A stretch of 60,762 nt of DNA, the filler included, from Candidatus Woesearchaeota archaeon (GTDB lineage Archaea > Nanobdellota > Nanobdellia > Woesearchaeales > GCA-2685855), in the NCBI GenBank assembly GCA_002685855.1. It is 4 parts of 4 records of this genome, joined end to end, with 100 filler letters (N's around TTAATTAATTAA, not from the genome) between each part and the next. Parts side by side here need not be neighbours in the genome. Positions count along the whole stretch, not along the records: positions 17,108 to 41,817 come from NYYS01000009.1; 3 more parts are not named here. One strand, 5' to 3'. Shown one piece after another: positions 29,034 to 39,038 of this stretch (within the stretch, counting starts at the first letter, position 1; the number at the start of each line of letters is the position of its first letter). The notes under the pieces are model-generated. The model made no database searches and had not been told where the DNA came from. It worked only from the letters and a program-made list of their open reading frames with translations. A program made the position numbers and the translations under genes.

Positions 29034-30329
29034 ATGAAACTTTTGAATGTAAATGAAAAAGGTTTGAAAACTATGTTTTCAAAAAAAGCCGCAATAATTT
29101 TGCCACTACTCTTATTCTTAATCACTGCATGCACCGGTACAGATCCAACAGGAGCAGCAATTGGTGACATTACCTGTGTAGAAGGAGCTGTCCTCATCAA
29201 CGGAACATGCGTCTTCCTTGACGATACAAGCTTTCCAACAGGGGAGGAAACTCCAACAGAAACACCGATGGAGCCAACAGATGAACTCCCTACAGAAGAA
29301 CCCTCTGAACAAGACTATGAAGATGCAGACGTTGTCTACGAAGTCATCGAAGGAGAACTCGTTGACATCAAACCAAAAGTAAGAGACCCTGACGGAGACA
29401 GACTCGAATATACCTACAGCACACCATTTTCCACAAACGGAAAATGGCAAACAAAAGACGGCGATGCAGGAAGACACCTCGCCACCATCACTGTATCAGA
29501 TAACGAATTCAGCGTAACCCAGGACGTCCTCATCATCATAAACCCTGCAAACAAAGCACCTGTAGTAGAATGCGAAGAAGAAATATTTGTCAAAGAAGGG
29601 GAACTCGTAGACCTCAACTGTAACATCTATGACCCTGAAGGAGACAACGTAATCGTAAGCTACGGCGGATGGATGAGCAAAAGCACAAAACAAACAACCT
29701 TTGACGACGAAGGAGTATACACCGTCCTTGTAAAGGCATCAGACCCAGAACGATCAACAAGCAAAGAGATCATCATAACCGTAAGCGATGAAAACAGAGC
29801 TCCAGAGATCGATCCACTTGAAGACCTCACACTAATGGAAACAGAAAAAGTAGTAATCAAGCCAATAGTGTCAGATCCAGACGGAGACATCGTTGAAACA
29901 ACCTTTTCAGAACCACTTGACGAAAACGGCATCTGGATCACAGAAGATGGCGACTCAGGAAGCTACGACATCCTCATCACAGCAACAGACGGAACAGCAA
30001 CATCCACAACAACCTTCAAACTAATCGTAACAGACATCAACACCGCTCCAGTCATGGAACGCATCCAGGACATCACTGTAGACGAAGGCGACACTGTAAC
30101 CATCTCGCCAAAAGTTGAAGATCCAGAAGGAGACGAAGTAACAATAAAATACACGGGCTGGATGACAGTAGAACAAAAAACAACCGACTACGATGACGAA
30201 GGAGAATACACAGTAACCGTAACTGCAAGTGACGGAGAACTCGAAACAAGCCAGGTTGTCAAGATCACAGTCCAAGACAAGAACAGGCCACCCTGCTTCT
30301 GTCTCGACCCAATCTGTAGCAACTGTTAA
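29034..30329 (+). CDS. Surface lipoprotein with four tandem Ig/cadherin-like repeats
   Basis: LITAC lipobox-like motif; four repeats of about 82 aa with DP[DE]GD and N[KRT][AP]P; GGTGTGAGG RBS before the ATG at 29034. Confidence 0.85.
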   Translation: MKLLNVNEKGLKTMFSKKAAIILPLLLFLITACTGTDPTGAAIGDITCVEGAVLINGTCVFLDDTSFPTGEETPTETPMEPTDELPTEEPSEQDYEDADVVYEVIEGELVDIKPKVRDPDGDRLEYTYSTPFSTNGKWQTKDGDAGRHLATITVSDNEFSVTQDVLIIINPANKAPVVECEEEIFVKEGELVDLNCNIYDPEGDNVIVSYGGWMSKSTKQTTFDDEGVYTVLVKASDPERSTSKEIIITVSDENRAPEIDPLEDLTLMETEKVVIKPIVSDPDGDIVETTFSEPLDENGIWITEDGDSGSYDILITATDGTATSTTTFKLIVTDINTAPVMERIQDITVDEGDTVTISPKVEDPEGDEVTIKYTGWMTVEQKTTDYDDEGEYTVTVTASDGELETSQVVKITVQDKNRPPCFCLDPICSNC

Positions 30330-30384
30330 ACAATTTTTTTTATTTTTTTTTTTAAATTAACTTAAACACCAAGGGGGTAGAACA

Positions 30385-30891
30385 ATGAAATCAAAACAGA
30401 TCATATTTACACTAAGCATAAGTATCATCATCCTCTTACTCGTAGCCCTGGCAATGGCACACCAAGAGGAACCTGTAGTAAAAATAGAATCAACAACACC
30501 AATGATAACAGTAACAATGACACATACACAAACAGAAACAACAACACAAACAACAAAACCAAAAACAAATATAGTCAGAAGCTTTGAAATACGACTGCCA
30601 GACCAAACAAGAAACGGCCTTCCAAGAGATCGTACACAAACAAGATCACAAGCAGAACACCGCTACACAGGAAAAAGCTTCCAGCCAGACACCATCTACG
30701 TCAACCAGGGAGACACAGTAAACCTCTTCCTTGCCAACCAAAACAACATCTACTTCACCATACCAAGTCTTGGCATAGAAGAACGACTCAACCACGGACT
30801 CATCACATTCAAAGCAGAACACAAAGGATCATTTGAATACATCTGCCTAGACTGCGATCCGCACATTAGAGGACTTATCTACGTTTATTAG
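30385..30891 (+). CDS. Membrane-anchored cupredoxin-like protein
   Basis: FQPDTIYVNQGDTVNL...FKAEHKGSFEYICLDCDPHIRGLIYV. Confidence 0.7.
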   Translation: MKSKQIIFTLSISIIILLLVALAMAHQEEPVVKIESTTPMITVTMTHTQTETTTQTTKPKTNIVRSFEIRLPDQTRNGLPRDRTQTRSQAEHRYTGKSFQPDTIYVNQGDTVNLFLANQNNIYFTIPSLGIEERLNHGLITFKAEHKGSFEYICLDCDPHIRGLIYVY

Positions 30892-30908
30892 TCCCTTTTT
30901 TTTCTTTC

Positions 30909-32162
30909 TTAAAAAAACTCCCCCAACCCCTTCTGAGCACCCTTCTGCAAGACAGGCTCATCCACTCTTCTCCCAAGAAGCGGAACACCATACACTCCAT
31001 CATAACCCGGCCTAACCTCAATCTCCTGCCGCCTGTTTTTAAGAATCACATCCACCATCTTCTCATCACACACACGAACCAACTCTTCCTGAGAAGCATT
31101 CAACAACACATTCAACTCAGAACCAAACTCCTTTAACAACCCATTGAAAATATTCCACACAAAACCTGTATTCAACCCCTTTCCGTACAACCCAGAAATC
31201 AACTCATGCAACGGAATCAACTTCAAAAAAGGCTTTGTAAGATGCTTTTCAGCTTCCTCCACTGAACGATCAGCCAACTCCTCCACACGATACTCAACAC
31301 CAATCGTCAACGCCTTCTTACACACAGGACAAATACCCTTTGCCTTCCGCGTCTCCTCAGGAAGCATCACAACACCACACGCACGATGCCCATCAACATG
31401 ATACTTCCCATACCCCGGATCAACCTCGATCGTAGAATGCAACCCCTCACCCGTTCGAATCGCCTTCAACAAACCTGCATACGACTCCTCACCATCAAAC
31501 AATGTAGCCTCTCTCCCAAGACGCCACGGCCACATCGAATGCGAATCAGAAAAACTCACCATCTGAAACCGATCATTCCGAGAAACCCGACGATTCATCA
31601 ACGGATCACTACTCATTCCAGTCTCCAACGCATGAATATGCTTCGCCTGATCCTTAAAACAATCTGTAACACTATCAAAACCCGACTTACTCCCAAACAC
31701 ACTAAACCACGGCGTCCACACATGCGCAGGAACAACCTCAATATCCTTGCTAATAGAACGCATCAGCTCCACAAGCTCCACACAACTAAACCCAAAAATA
31801 GGCCTCCCATCATAATCCAGCCGCCCACGGTTCCCCAACTCCTCATTAATCTGATCCACAACACCAAAATCAGGTGCAAGCAACACACTATGAACCCGCC
31901 TCCCCTTCTCCTGGGTATAAATATTACTCACCTCAGTCGCCAACACAAAACCCTGACCCGTCTTACTCCGTAGTATTCCGCTTCCATCATCAGAAAGAGA
32001 ATCCTTCAACTCCTTTAACCAGACAGCATGCGTAAAATCCCCAGTCCCCAGAACATCCACCCCCTTAATCCGCGCCCACTTCTCCAAATTCTCAACACTA
32101 ATATCCTTACTACACGCCCTACTAAACCGAGAATGAATATGAAAATCCCCAACAAACACCAT
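30909..32162 (-). CDS. Endonuclease Q / TIGR00375 family PHP-domain protein
   Basis: DFHIHSRFSRACS, GTGDFTH, PAHVWTPWF, ETGMSSD, SDSHS, GKYHVDGHRAC...CPVC. Confidence 0.9.
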   Translation of the reverse strand: MVFVGDFHIHSRFSRACSKDISVENLEKWARIKGVDVLGTGDFTHAVWLKELKDSLSDDGSGILRSKTGQGFVLATEVSNIYTQEKGRRVHSVLLAPDFGVVDQINEELGNRGRLDYDGRPIFGFSCVELVELMRSISKDIEVVPAHVWTPWFSVFGSKSGFDSVTDCFKDQAKHIHALETGMSSDPLMNRRVSRNDRFQMVSFSDSHSMWPWRLGREATLFDGEESYAGLLKAIRTGEGLHSTIEVDPGYGKYHVDGHRACGVVMLPEETRKAKGICPVCKKALTIGVEYRVEELADRSVEEAEKHLTKPFLKLIPLHELISGLYGKGLNTGFVWNIFNGLLKEFGSELNVLLNASQEELVRVCDEKMVDVILKNRRQEIEVRPGYDGVYGVPLLGRRVDEPVLQKGAQKGLGEFF

Positions 32163-32212
32163 ACAAAAAAAGGAACACAAAGCATATAAAAACCTTCCCC
32201 TTCCCTCCCAAC

Positions 32213-32530
32213 ATGATCCTCAATATCCTTATTCTTGCACTCATCCTTTTTATCTCTGCACTCCCCCTCTACCTAGCCGTCACACTCCTCGGAGGAAAAG
32301 CAACCATCATCAAAGTCCTCATCGTAGAATTCATCACCACCATCGCCCTCATCATCCTCCAATTCATCCTCCCCAAATGGGGCTTCATTGTAGGATTCCT
32401 GCTCCTACTCTACATCTACAGAGAGATGTTCAGACTCAAATGGTGGAAAACAATACTGGCATGGCTGCTCAAAGGAGTTATTGTGTTCCTTCTTATCCTC
32501 CTCCTTCTTGGAGCAACATTCCTCTTGTAA
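32213..32530 (+). CDS. Small integral membrane protein
   Basis: 105 aa, almost entirely hydrophobic. Confidence 0.75.
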   Translation: MILNILILALILFISALPLYLAVTLLGGKATIIKVLIVEFITTIALIILQFILPKWGFIVGFLLLLYIYREMFRLKWWKTILAWLLKGVIVFLLILLLLGATFLL

Positions 32531-32866
32531 TCAGAAATTTTTTAACACGTTCTCCTTCATCTTTTTAAATGATTTTTGATTCATACACCCAATCTTTTTT
32601 CTAATCAATTTTTTCTCAACAGTAAAAATCTTATCCGTTCTGATTTTGCTTGGTTTCAGAAGGTTACCCGAACTAAGATTCGTATTGTCTACCTCAAAAT
32701 AAAAAGGGTTTTCTTTAGATGAACTAGTAATAGGTAACAGAATACAATCAGCAGATCGTTGATTGAATCTTTTATTTGAAAATGCTATCGCAGGTCGTAC
32801 CTTATACTCTTTTAAGTTAGTATAAACAAAAGGGACAATAAGAATATCTCTCTGACTAATTTTCAT
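32531..32866 (-). CDS. PemK/MazF family toxin
   Basis: QRDILIVPF...KVRPAI...LPITS...SKIRTDKIFT. Confidence 0.88.
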   Translation of the reverse strand: MKISQRDILIVPFVYTNLKEYKVRPAIAFSNKRFNQRSADCILLPITSSSKENPFYFEVDNTNLSSGNLLKPSKIRTDKIFTVEKKLIRKKIGCMNQKSFKKMKENVLKNF

Positions 32867-32996
32867 TTTCTAGATAATAATCCCAGATAGCATCCTCTTC
32901 ATTATCCCACACATCTTTCATTGCATGCGCGCTGAGATTTACAACTTTATTAGATGGAACACTTTTTTTTGAATTCTGATCAGGTTTTTGTTTCAT
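32856..32996 (-). CDS. 46-aa putative antitoxin, not in the ORF track
   Basis: MKQKPDQNSKKSVPSNKVVNLSAHAMKDVWDNEEDAIWDYYLENEN*; overlaps the mazF start by 11 nt; acidic W-D-N-E-E-D-x-x-W tail. Confidence 0.7.
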   Translation of the reverse strand: MKQKPDQNSKKSVPSNKVVNLSAHAMKDVWDNEEDAIWDYYLENEN

Positions 32997-33092
32997 ACCT
33001 ATGTTAATACCTTCTTTCTAATAAATCTTTTCCTTCTTTTTCCGAAAATACTAACAAAAGATGGAATAATTCCAATTAGTTGGGAATAATAT

Positions 33093-34127
33093 CTAATACA
33101 ACCCCGGAATAAACCGATAAGGAACCTTCTTCACATACTCACGATAATCAGGATCAGCCATCAGATGCCTCTCCTCAGTAATCGCCCGAAGAAAATAGAT
33201 AAAACTCCAGCCCAGCATCGAAAAAAAGAACACTCCTGTCATCGTCGGAACCAACATAATCCACCACGCAGCCACTTTGCAGATATACGCAGGATGACGC
33301 ACATACCGATACGCACCATTTGAAATAATACCTCTGTTCGTCAAATTACTACACTTCGAACCCAACGAAATAGTCGCCCACAAATAAATCAAAAACAACA
33401 CCAACACAAACCCAATCCCAACCAACGTTGCAGTATAACTCCCATACATAAACTGCTCCTTCGGACCCCACGGAAGATAGGCGCTGCCAACATTATTAAA
33501 CGGAGGATAACAGATCAATGCTACAAACCACCCAAGAAACGTTGGCTCCACAGATCGAATTGTGTTTTTCATAGACTTAAAATCCAACGAATACCCCACA
33601 ACAAAATAGCCTGTATCAACTAAAAAAATCAGCGCAATCAAACCCGGATAGACAACCTTGATAAAAGAATACTGCGTCAACACTAAAAACTCTGAATTCC
33701 TAAAAAAATTAATAGTCGTACCCAGATTATTAAAAAAGAAATTCAGCATAATCGGAAGAAAAAAAGCCTTTACCATTAAAAACAACAAAGACACCTTCTC
33801 CTTCTTCGTAATGTGCGGAGCAGAAACATCACGATCAACCGTAAACCGTTCAACATACCTCCACCCCTCCCTCACAGTTCTAACAAACAAACGCAAAACA
33901 ACAAAAAGATGATTATCATCAAGATCCTTCTCCCTCTTCCACAAATAATACGGAAACGCAGAAAGCAGATAAAAAATAAAAATTATTAATAAAGCCAGCT
34001 TTGTAGAAGCATTCAAAAAATCAGAATAATAACTACTCGAAAAATAAATAACCAATAACAACCCATATACAAGAAGACCACAAAAATAGTTCTTCAGCGC
34101 CAGCACCACGTTCTCCCGACGAAACAT
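33093..34127 (-). CDS. ICMT/PEMT-family membrane methyltransferase
   Basis: SNLTNRGIISNGAYRYVRHPAY, RAITEERHL, YREYVKKVPYRFIPG; several TMs. Confidence 0.85.
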   Translation of the reverse strand: MFRRENVVLALKNYFCGLLVYGLLLVIYFSSSYYSDFLNASTKLALLIIFIFYLLSAFPYYLWKREKDLDDNHLFVVLRLFVRTVREGWRYVERFTVDRDVSAPHITKKEKVSLLFLMVKAFFLPIMLNFFFNNLGTTINFFRNSEFLVLTQYSFIKVVYPGLIALIFLVDTGYFVVGYSLDFKSMKNTIRSVEPTFLGWFVALICYPPFNNVGSAYLPWGPKEQFMYGSYTATLVGIGFVLVLFLIYLWATISLGSKCSNLTNRGIISNGAYRYVRHPAYICKVAAWWIMLVPTMTGVFFFSMLGWSFIYFLRAITEERHLMADPDYREYVKKVPYRFIPGLY

Positions 34128-34177
34128 CAGAAAAGCGAACCCTCAACCCTTATAAAACTTCTCATCTACACACTACC

Positions 34178-35875
34178 CTACATCTCATCCAACGCAACAA
34201 TCCCCAACAAAGACAACCCATTACAAAGCACCTGAGCCGTCGCCCACACCAACAACAGACGAGCCTCCATCAGCTTCTTTTCAGCCTTCAACACAGGAAC
34301 CCTATGATAAAAATCATTCGCCTTCTGAGCAACATCCAAACAATACCGCGCAATCAACGAAGGCCGACGCGAAGAAGCAGCCTCATCCACCTTAGAAGGA
34401 AATAACTCAAGAAGCTTTACTAACTCCAACTCAACACCTTCAGACAATAAGGAAAAATCCACCCCTGCCCCAACCTTCTTCTTCGCCTTGCGCAACACAC
34501 TGCGCAACCGCGCATGCGCATACTGAACATAGGGCCCGGTTTCACCCTCAAAGTTCAGCCACTCCTTCAAATCAAAAACAATACTCTTCTGATGATCCTG
34601 ACACAACATCCCAAACATCAAAGCACCAACAGCAATATCCTTTGCAACAGAATCAACACGCTTCGCTGGCCAATCATGCCTCTTCTCAACCTCACCTTTC
34701 AAAGAATCCATCAACTCATTCTTCAAATCCGAAAACAAGACAACATTACCCAACCGTGAAGACATCTTCCCCTCAGGCAACATCACAAGATCATAACTCA
34801 GATGAAAACACCTCTTCGCATTCTTAAACCCAAACAACTCCAAAATCTTAAACAACTGCCGAAAATGCAACTCCTGCTCACTCCCCACAACATAAACATT
34901 CTCCTCAATCATAAACTTCTCAAACTTAATACTTGCCAATGCAAAATCCTTACTAATATATGGAATCGTCCCATCAGACTTCCCAACAACAAGCGTATGC
35001 AACCCCTCATTCTCTAAATCAACAATAATCGCCCCCTCACTCTCCTTTGCAATCCCCTTCTTCTCAAGCTTTTCCACAAACTTTTTTGCTCCCTCAATCA
35101 TCTCATGATCATAAAACCAAACATCAAACTCAACACCTAACCAACCATATACATCATTAAACGCATCCAAACTCCACTGCCGCGTCTCCTTCCACAATGC
35201 ATCCATCTCCTTCTCATGCGCCTCCAATCGCTGCAACACATCAGAAACCTCCCCCTTAAACGAATCATCCTTCTCCAACTCCTGCGTTGCCTCCACATAC
35301 ACCTTCCCCAACCACTCCCCCTTATTCCCAACCGGTTTCGTCCCCTTCTTCATCAGATACCACAAACACTTCGCAACATGAGCACCCGTATCATTAATAT
35401 AGTTCGCAGCAATAACTTCCTTCCCATCAAACCGCATAATCTTAATCAACGAAGAACCTAACGCAACATTCCGTAAATGCCCAACATGAAACTCCTTATG
35501 CGTATTCGGCTGAGAATACTCTACCATTACCTTCCCCTTCTTCTTTCCCCCTGCACCATACCTCTCCTTCTTCTTCCACACATCCTTCAACACAGATTCA
35601 GAAACAAGATCAACCTCTAAAAAAAAGTTCACATACGGCCCAACAGCTTTCACCTCCCGAACACCCTTCCCCACCTTCAACTTCCCCGCAAGCTCAGATG
35701 CAATCTCCTGCGGACTCTTCTTCCACTCCTTTGACAATACAAAACAAGGAAACCCAAAATCACCCAAAGAACTATCTGGCGGCACCTCTAACACAGACTC
35801 AACAAGCTTCCCATCCACCCCCTCCTTTTTCAAAAGTCCAACAACAAGCTCTTTACCAGCCATACCCATCAACAT
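34178..35875 (-). CDS. argS: Arginyl-tRNA synthetase
   Basis: VEYSQPNTHKEFHVGHLRN (HIGH), KMSSRLGN, GPYVQYAHAR; ends DEM. Confidence 0.96.
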   Translation of the reverse strand: MLMGMAGKELVVGLLKKEGVDGKLVESVLEVPPDSSLGDFGFPCFVLSKEWKKSPQEIASELAGKLKVGKGVREVKAVGPYVNFFLEVDLVSESVLKDVWKKKERYGAGGKKKGKVMVEYSQPNTHKEFHVGHLRNVALGSSLIKIMRFDGKEVIAANYINDTGAHVAKCLWYLMKKGTKPVGNKGEWLGKVYVEATQELEKDDSFKGEVSDVLQRLEAHEKEMDALWKETRQWSLDAFNDVYGWLGVEFDVWFYDHEMIEGAKKFVEKLEKKGIAKESEGAIIVDLENEGLHTLVVGKSDGTIPYISKDFALASIKFEKFMIEENVYVVGSEQELHFRQLFKILELFGFKNAKRCFHLSYDLVMLPEGKMSSRLGNVVLFSDLKNELMDSLKGEVEKRHDWPAKRVDSVAKDIAVGALMFGMLCQDHQKSIVFDLKEWLNFEGETGPYVQYAHARLRSVLRKAKKKVGAGVDFSLLSEGVELELVKLLELFPSKVDEAASSRRPSLIARYCLDVAQKANDFYHRVPVLKAEKKLMEARLLLVWATAQVLCNGLSLLGIVALDEM

Positions 35876-35904
35876 TTAAAGAAACCATATAAAAGTATCG
35901 AAAA

Positions 35905-37332
35905 TTACCCTTTTTTCTCAAGAATCATCCCATACCCAATCAACCGGAACCGCGTCCCAACTCTCCGAGAAATAGTAACCCTGCTCCCTAACTCAGCACA
36001 AACCGGAAGCTTCAACCTGCAATGAATACGATTCTTAGAAATCTGCTGAACAAAACCAACAGTAGCAGCAGCATTCACATTCAGCATTAACACTTCATTC
36101 ATCTTAATCGGATCCACCTTCACCTCATCCTGACTCCCAACAACCCGCTCCAGCAAATGCGTTTCCAGACTCATCTCATACCACACAGGCGGCAGATCAC
36201 CCTGTTTCCCAACAATATTCCCTCCCATACTATCCGCCTTCACAATACTAGGATCCAGAGTAGTCAAAACCGCAACACTCCCGCCAGGCCCAACACTATC
36301 AACCTTCTTGCCACCTGTCATCGCACCTGTAACAGCAGAAAATAGAGGCTTAGCCACAACCTGATTCTGTTCCTGAACAACTCGTCCCGGACGAATCTCA
36401 ATCTTATCACCAACCGAAATCCTTCCCTGCGTCAAACTCCCGCCCAACACCCCACCCTGAATAGCATCAATACTCGCACCCGGCTTATTAATATCAAAAC
36501 TCCGTGCAACAAACATCCGCGCACTCGCCTTCTCATCCCGCTTAGGTGTAGGAATCTTCTCCTGAATAGCAGCAATCGCAACCTCAACATTCACCCCATG
36601 CGCAGCACTCGAAGGAATAACAGGAGCATCCTCAAACTCTGTCCCCTTCAAAAACTCCTTAATCTGCTTATAATTAGCCATGGCCCGTTCCTTAGGAACA
36701 AGATCGATCTTGTTCTGAATAACAATAATATTCTTAATACCCGAAATCTGCAACGCCATCAAATGCTCCCGCGTCTGCGGCTGAGGACAACTCTCATTCG
36801 CAGCAACCAAAAGCAACGCACCATCCATAATCGTAGCACCCGAAAGCATCGTCGCCATCAAACTCTCATGCCCAGGAGCATCCACAAAACTCACCTTACG
36901 AACAAAATCCGCCTTCCCCTTACACAGATCACACTCCTCCTGCACAACATACTTCTTATCCTTCTTACAATAATAAAAACTCGAATCAGCATACCCCAAA
37001 CGAATCGTAATCCCCCGCTTCATCTCCTCACTATGCGTATCTGTCCACTTCCCAGAAAACCGCTCAGTCAACGTCGTCTTCCCATGATCAACATGACCAA
37101 CCAAACCAATATTAACTTCCGGCTGAACAGCCACATCCTCTTTTCCCGAAGAAGCCTTCCTTCCTACTCCTTTCTTCTCCCCCTCCTTTTTCCCAGCAGT
37201 TTTCGACTCAGAAGCCTTCTTTCCTGTTCCCTTCTTAGCTGAAGAAGCCTTCTTTTCCGCAGGTTTCTTCACAGAAGCCTTCTTTCCCTCTTTCTTAACC
37301 TTTGTAGTCTTTGAAACAACCTTTTTTGGCAT
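35905..37332 (-). CDS. eif2g: Translation initiation factor aIF2 gamma subunit with Lys-rich N-terminal extension
   Basis: QPEVNIGLVGHVDHGKTT, RGITIRLGYA, DAPGHE, PQPQTREH, NKID, RFRLIGYG. Confidence 0.96.
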   Translation of the reverse strand: MPKKVVSKTTKVKKEGKKASVKKPAEKKASSAKKGTGKKASESKTAGKKEGEKKGVGRKASSGKEDVAVQPEVNIGLVGHVDHGKTTLTERFSGKWTDTHSEEMKRGITIRLGYADSSFYYCKKDKKYVVQEECDLCKGKADFVRKVSFVDAPGHESLMATMLSGATIMDGALLLVAANESCPQPQTREHLMALQISGIKNIIVIQNKIDLVPKERAMANYKQIKEFLKGTEFEDAPVIPSSAAHGVNVEVAIAAIQEKIPTPKRDEKASARMFVARSFDINKPGASIDAIQGGVLGGSLTQGRISVGDKIEIRPGRVVQEQNQVVAKPLFSAVTGAMTGGKKVDSVGPGGSVAVLTTLDPSIVKADSMGGNIVGKQGDLPPVWYEMSLETHLLERVVGSQDEVKVDPIKMNEVLMLNVNAAATVGFVQQISKNRIHCRLKLPVCAELGSRVTISRRVGTRFRLIGYGMILEKKG

Positions 37333-37427
37333 GCTCAGGGAAATAAGAACCCTTTTATAAATCTTCTCTCCCCTCTAAGACGAAAAGAAGCACAAACTAT
37401 AAAAAGAGCCCGTTGTTTCGACAATTC

Positions 37428-38024
37428 ATGAGCATACTCTTATTCAACCAATGGGACACCTCACAGATCAAAGTAGAAGATCTGGGACTCCAAAAATATG
37501 TCTCTCTAGACCCCATTATCGTACCCAAAACAGGTGCCAGATACGCAGGAATGCGCTTCCACAAATCCAAAGCCAATATCGTTGAAAGACTCATCAACCG
37601 CGTCATGGTAACCGGCCACAAAGGAAAAAAACACAAAATATCCAGCGGTCACCAAACAGGAAAAGCATCCACAGCATTTGACATTGTACAAAAAGCATTC
37701 AAAATCATCGAACAAAAACTCAAAAAAAACCCGGTTGAAGTCTTTGTAAAAGCAGTCGAAAACGCCGCCCCCCGCGAAGAAATCATCACAATCGAATACG
37801 GCGGAGCACGCTACCCTAAACCCGTAGACATCTCTCCCCAACGAAGAATCGACTTCGTCCTCAAAATGATGACACAAGGAGCCTACCAAAAAACATTCAG
37901 CAGCAAACGCACAGCAGAAGACTGCCTTGCAGATGAAATCATGAACGCATACGGCCTCAGCCCAAACTCAGCAGCACTCGCAAAAAAACTAGAACTCGAA
38001 CGCCAAGGCGACGCAAGCAGATAA
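37428..38024 (+). CDS. rps7: 30S ribosomal protein uS7, archaeal type
   Basis: IVERLIN, AVENAAPREE, VDISPQRRID, KKLELERQGDASR. Confidence 0.95.
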   Translation: MSILLFNQWDTSQIKVEDLGLQKYVSLDPIIVPKTGARYAGMRFHKSKANIVERLINRVMVTGHKGKKHKISSGHQTGKASTAFDIVQKAFKIIEQKLKKNPVEVFVKAVENAAPREEIITIEYGGARYPKPVDISPQRRIDFVLKMMTQGAYQKTFSSKRTAEDCLADEIMNAYGLSPNSAALAKKLELERQGDASR

Positions 38025-38048
38025 ACTTCTTCCCTACACACTTACAGA

Positions 38049-38918
38049 TTACAAAAATCTTCTATAGGCACGCAAATACCTACGCGAAAAATACTGGAAA
38101 AAATGATCTTCATCCTTTCCCAATGCACGGTAATACGACGACCGTTTCTTATACTCAATGATGAGAATAGGATATCCTGTACACCACAAAATAAAATTCA
38201 TAAGCAACCTTCCAACCCTTCCATTTCCATCTCCAAAGGGATGAATCTTCTCAAAACGGTAATGGACTCGTGCAGCAAGCTCAACAGGATTCATCCTCGT
38301 ACTCTGATTAAAAAACAAAACAAGTTCCTTCATCAAATGATCAACGTCCTGCCAGTCAGGAGCACGATAACGTCCAACCCGAACCAGATACTCTCGAAAT
38401 TTGCCCGCAAGATCTGCTTTTGTCTCCCGAAACAACTCCTTATGCCAACCCAAAATCAACCCCTTATCCAATACCTGTGGCTCTTCTATCATCGCAAGAA
38501 AAACCCGTACATGTGCCTCGGTCTCTTTAACATCACCTAATGGCCTCTGTGGAGAAACTCTATCCTCTACAATCCCGCGCGTCTCCTCCCAACTAATCGT
38601 TGAACCCTCGATAGCATTTGTATTATAGGTAAAATCAACAGCCAATTGTCTTTTAATCTTCTCCTGCATTCCTTTTGGATAACGCTTCCATTCCCTTTGA
38701 AAACCCGTCCGAATTTTCTCAAAAAGCACAAACAGCCCTTCCCTGTTGCATTCATCACGCAACCGCTCCATTAATACAGGAATATCCACAGGAATTCTTT
38801 TTCCAAGATATTTCTCCTTGGTTTTCACTATCCTTCCTGTTCTAAACGAATGTTGCAAATAGAAATAATCAGCATTACTCTTCCTCCTTTTCAAAACTCT
38901 CATACCACTTGTTACCAT
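38049..38918 (-). CDS. Fic family protein with N-terminal inhibitory motif
   Basis: Catalytic HPFGDGNGRVGR; inhibitory TNAIEG; N-terminal YFYLQHSFR...KEKYLGK domain. Confidence 0.92.
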   Translation of the reverse strand: MVTSGMRVLKRRKSNADYFYLQHSFRTGRIVKTKEKYLGKRIPVDIPVLMERLRDECNREGLFVLFEKIRTGFQREWKRYPKGMQEKIKRQLAVDFTYNTNAIEGSTISWEETRGIVEDRVSPQRPLGDVKETEAHVRVFLAMIEEPQVLDKGLILGWHKELFRETKADLAGKFREYLVRVGRYRAPDWQDVDHLMKELVLFFNQSTRMNPVELAARVHYRFEKIHPFGDGNGRVGRLLMNFILWCTGYPILIIEYKKRSSYYRALGKDEDHFFQYFSRRYLRAYRRFL

Positions 38919-39038
38919 TACAAACTATATAAATTTATTGTTTTTCTTCAATTTGTAATGGCAAATATTAAAACTCTCCATAACCCAGTATAACCTTCTG
39001 CCACACAAAAATTTCTCACGAAATTTTTGGCCAACAAC

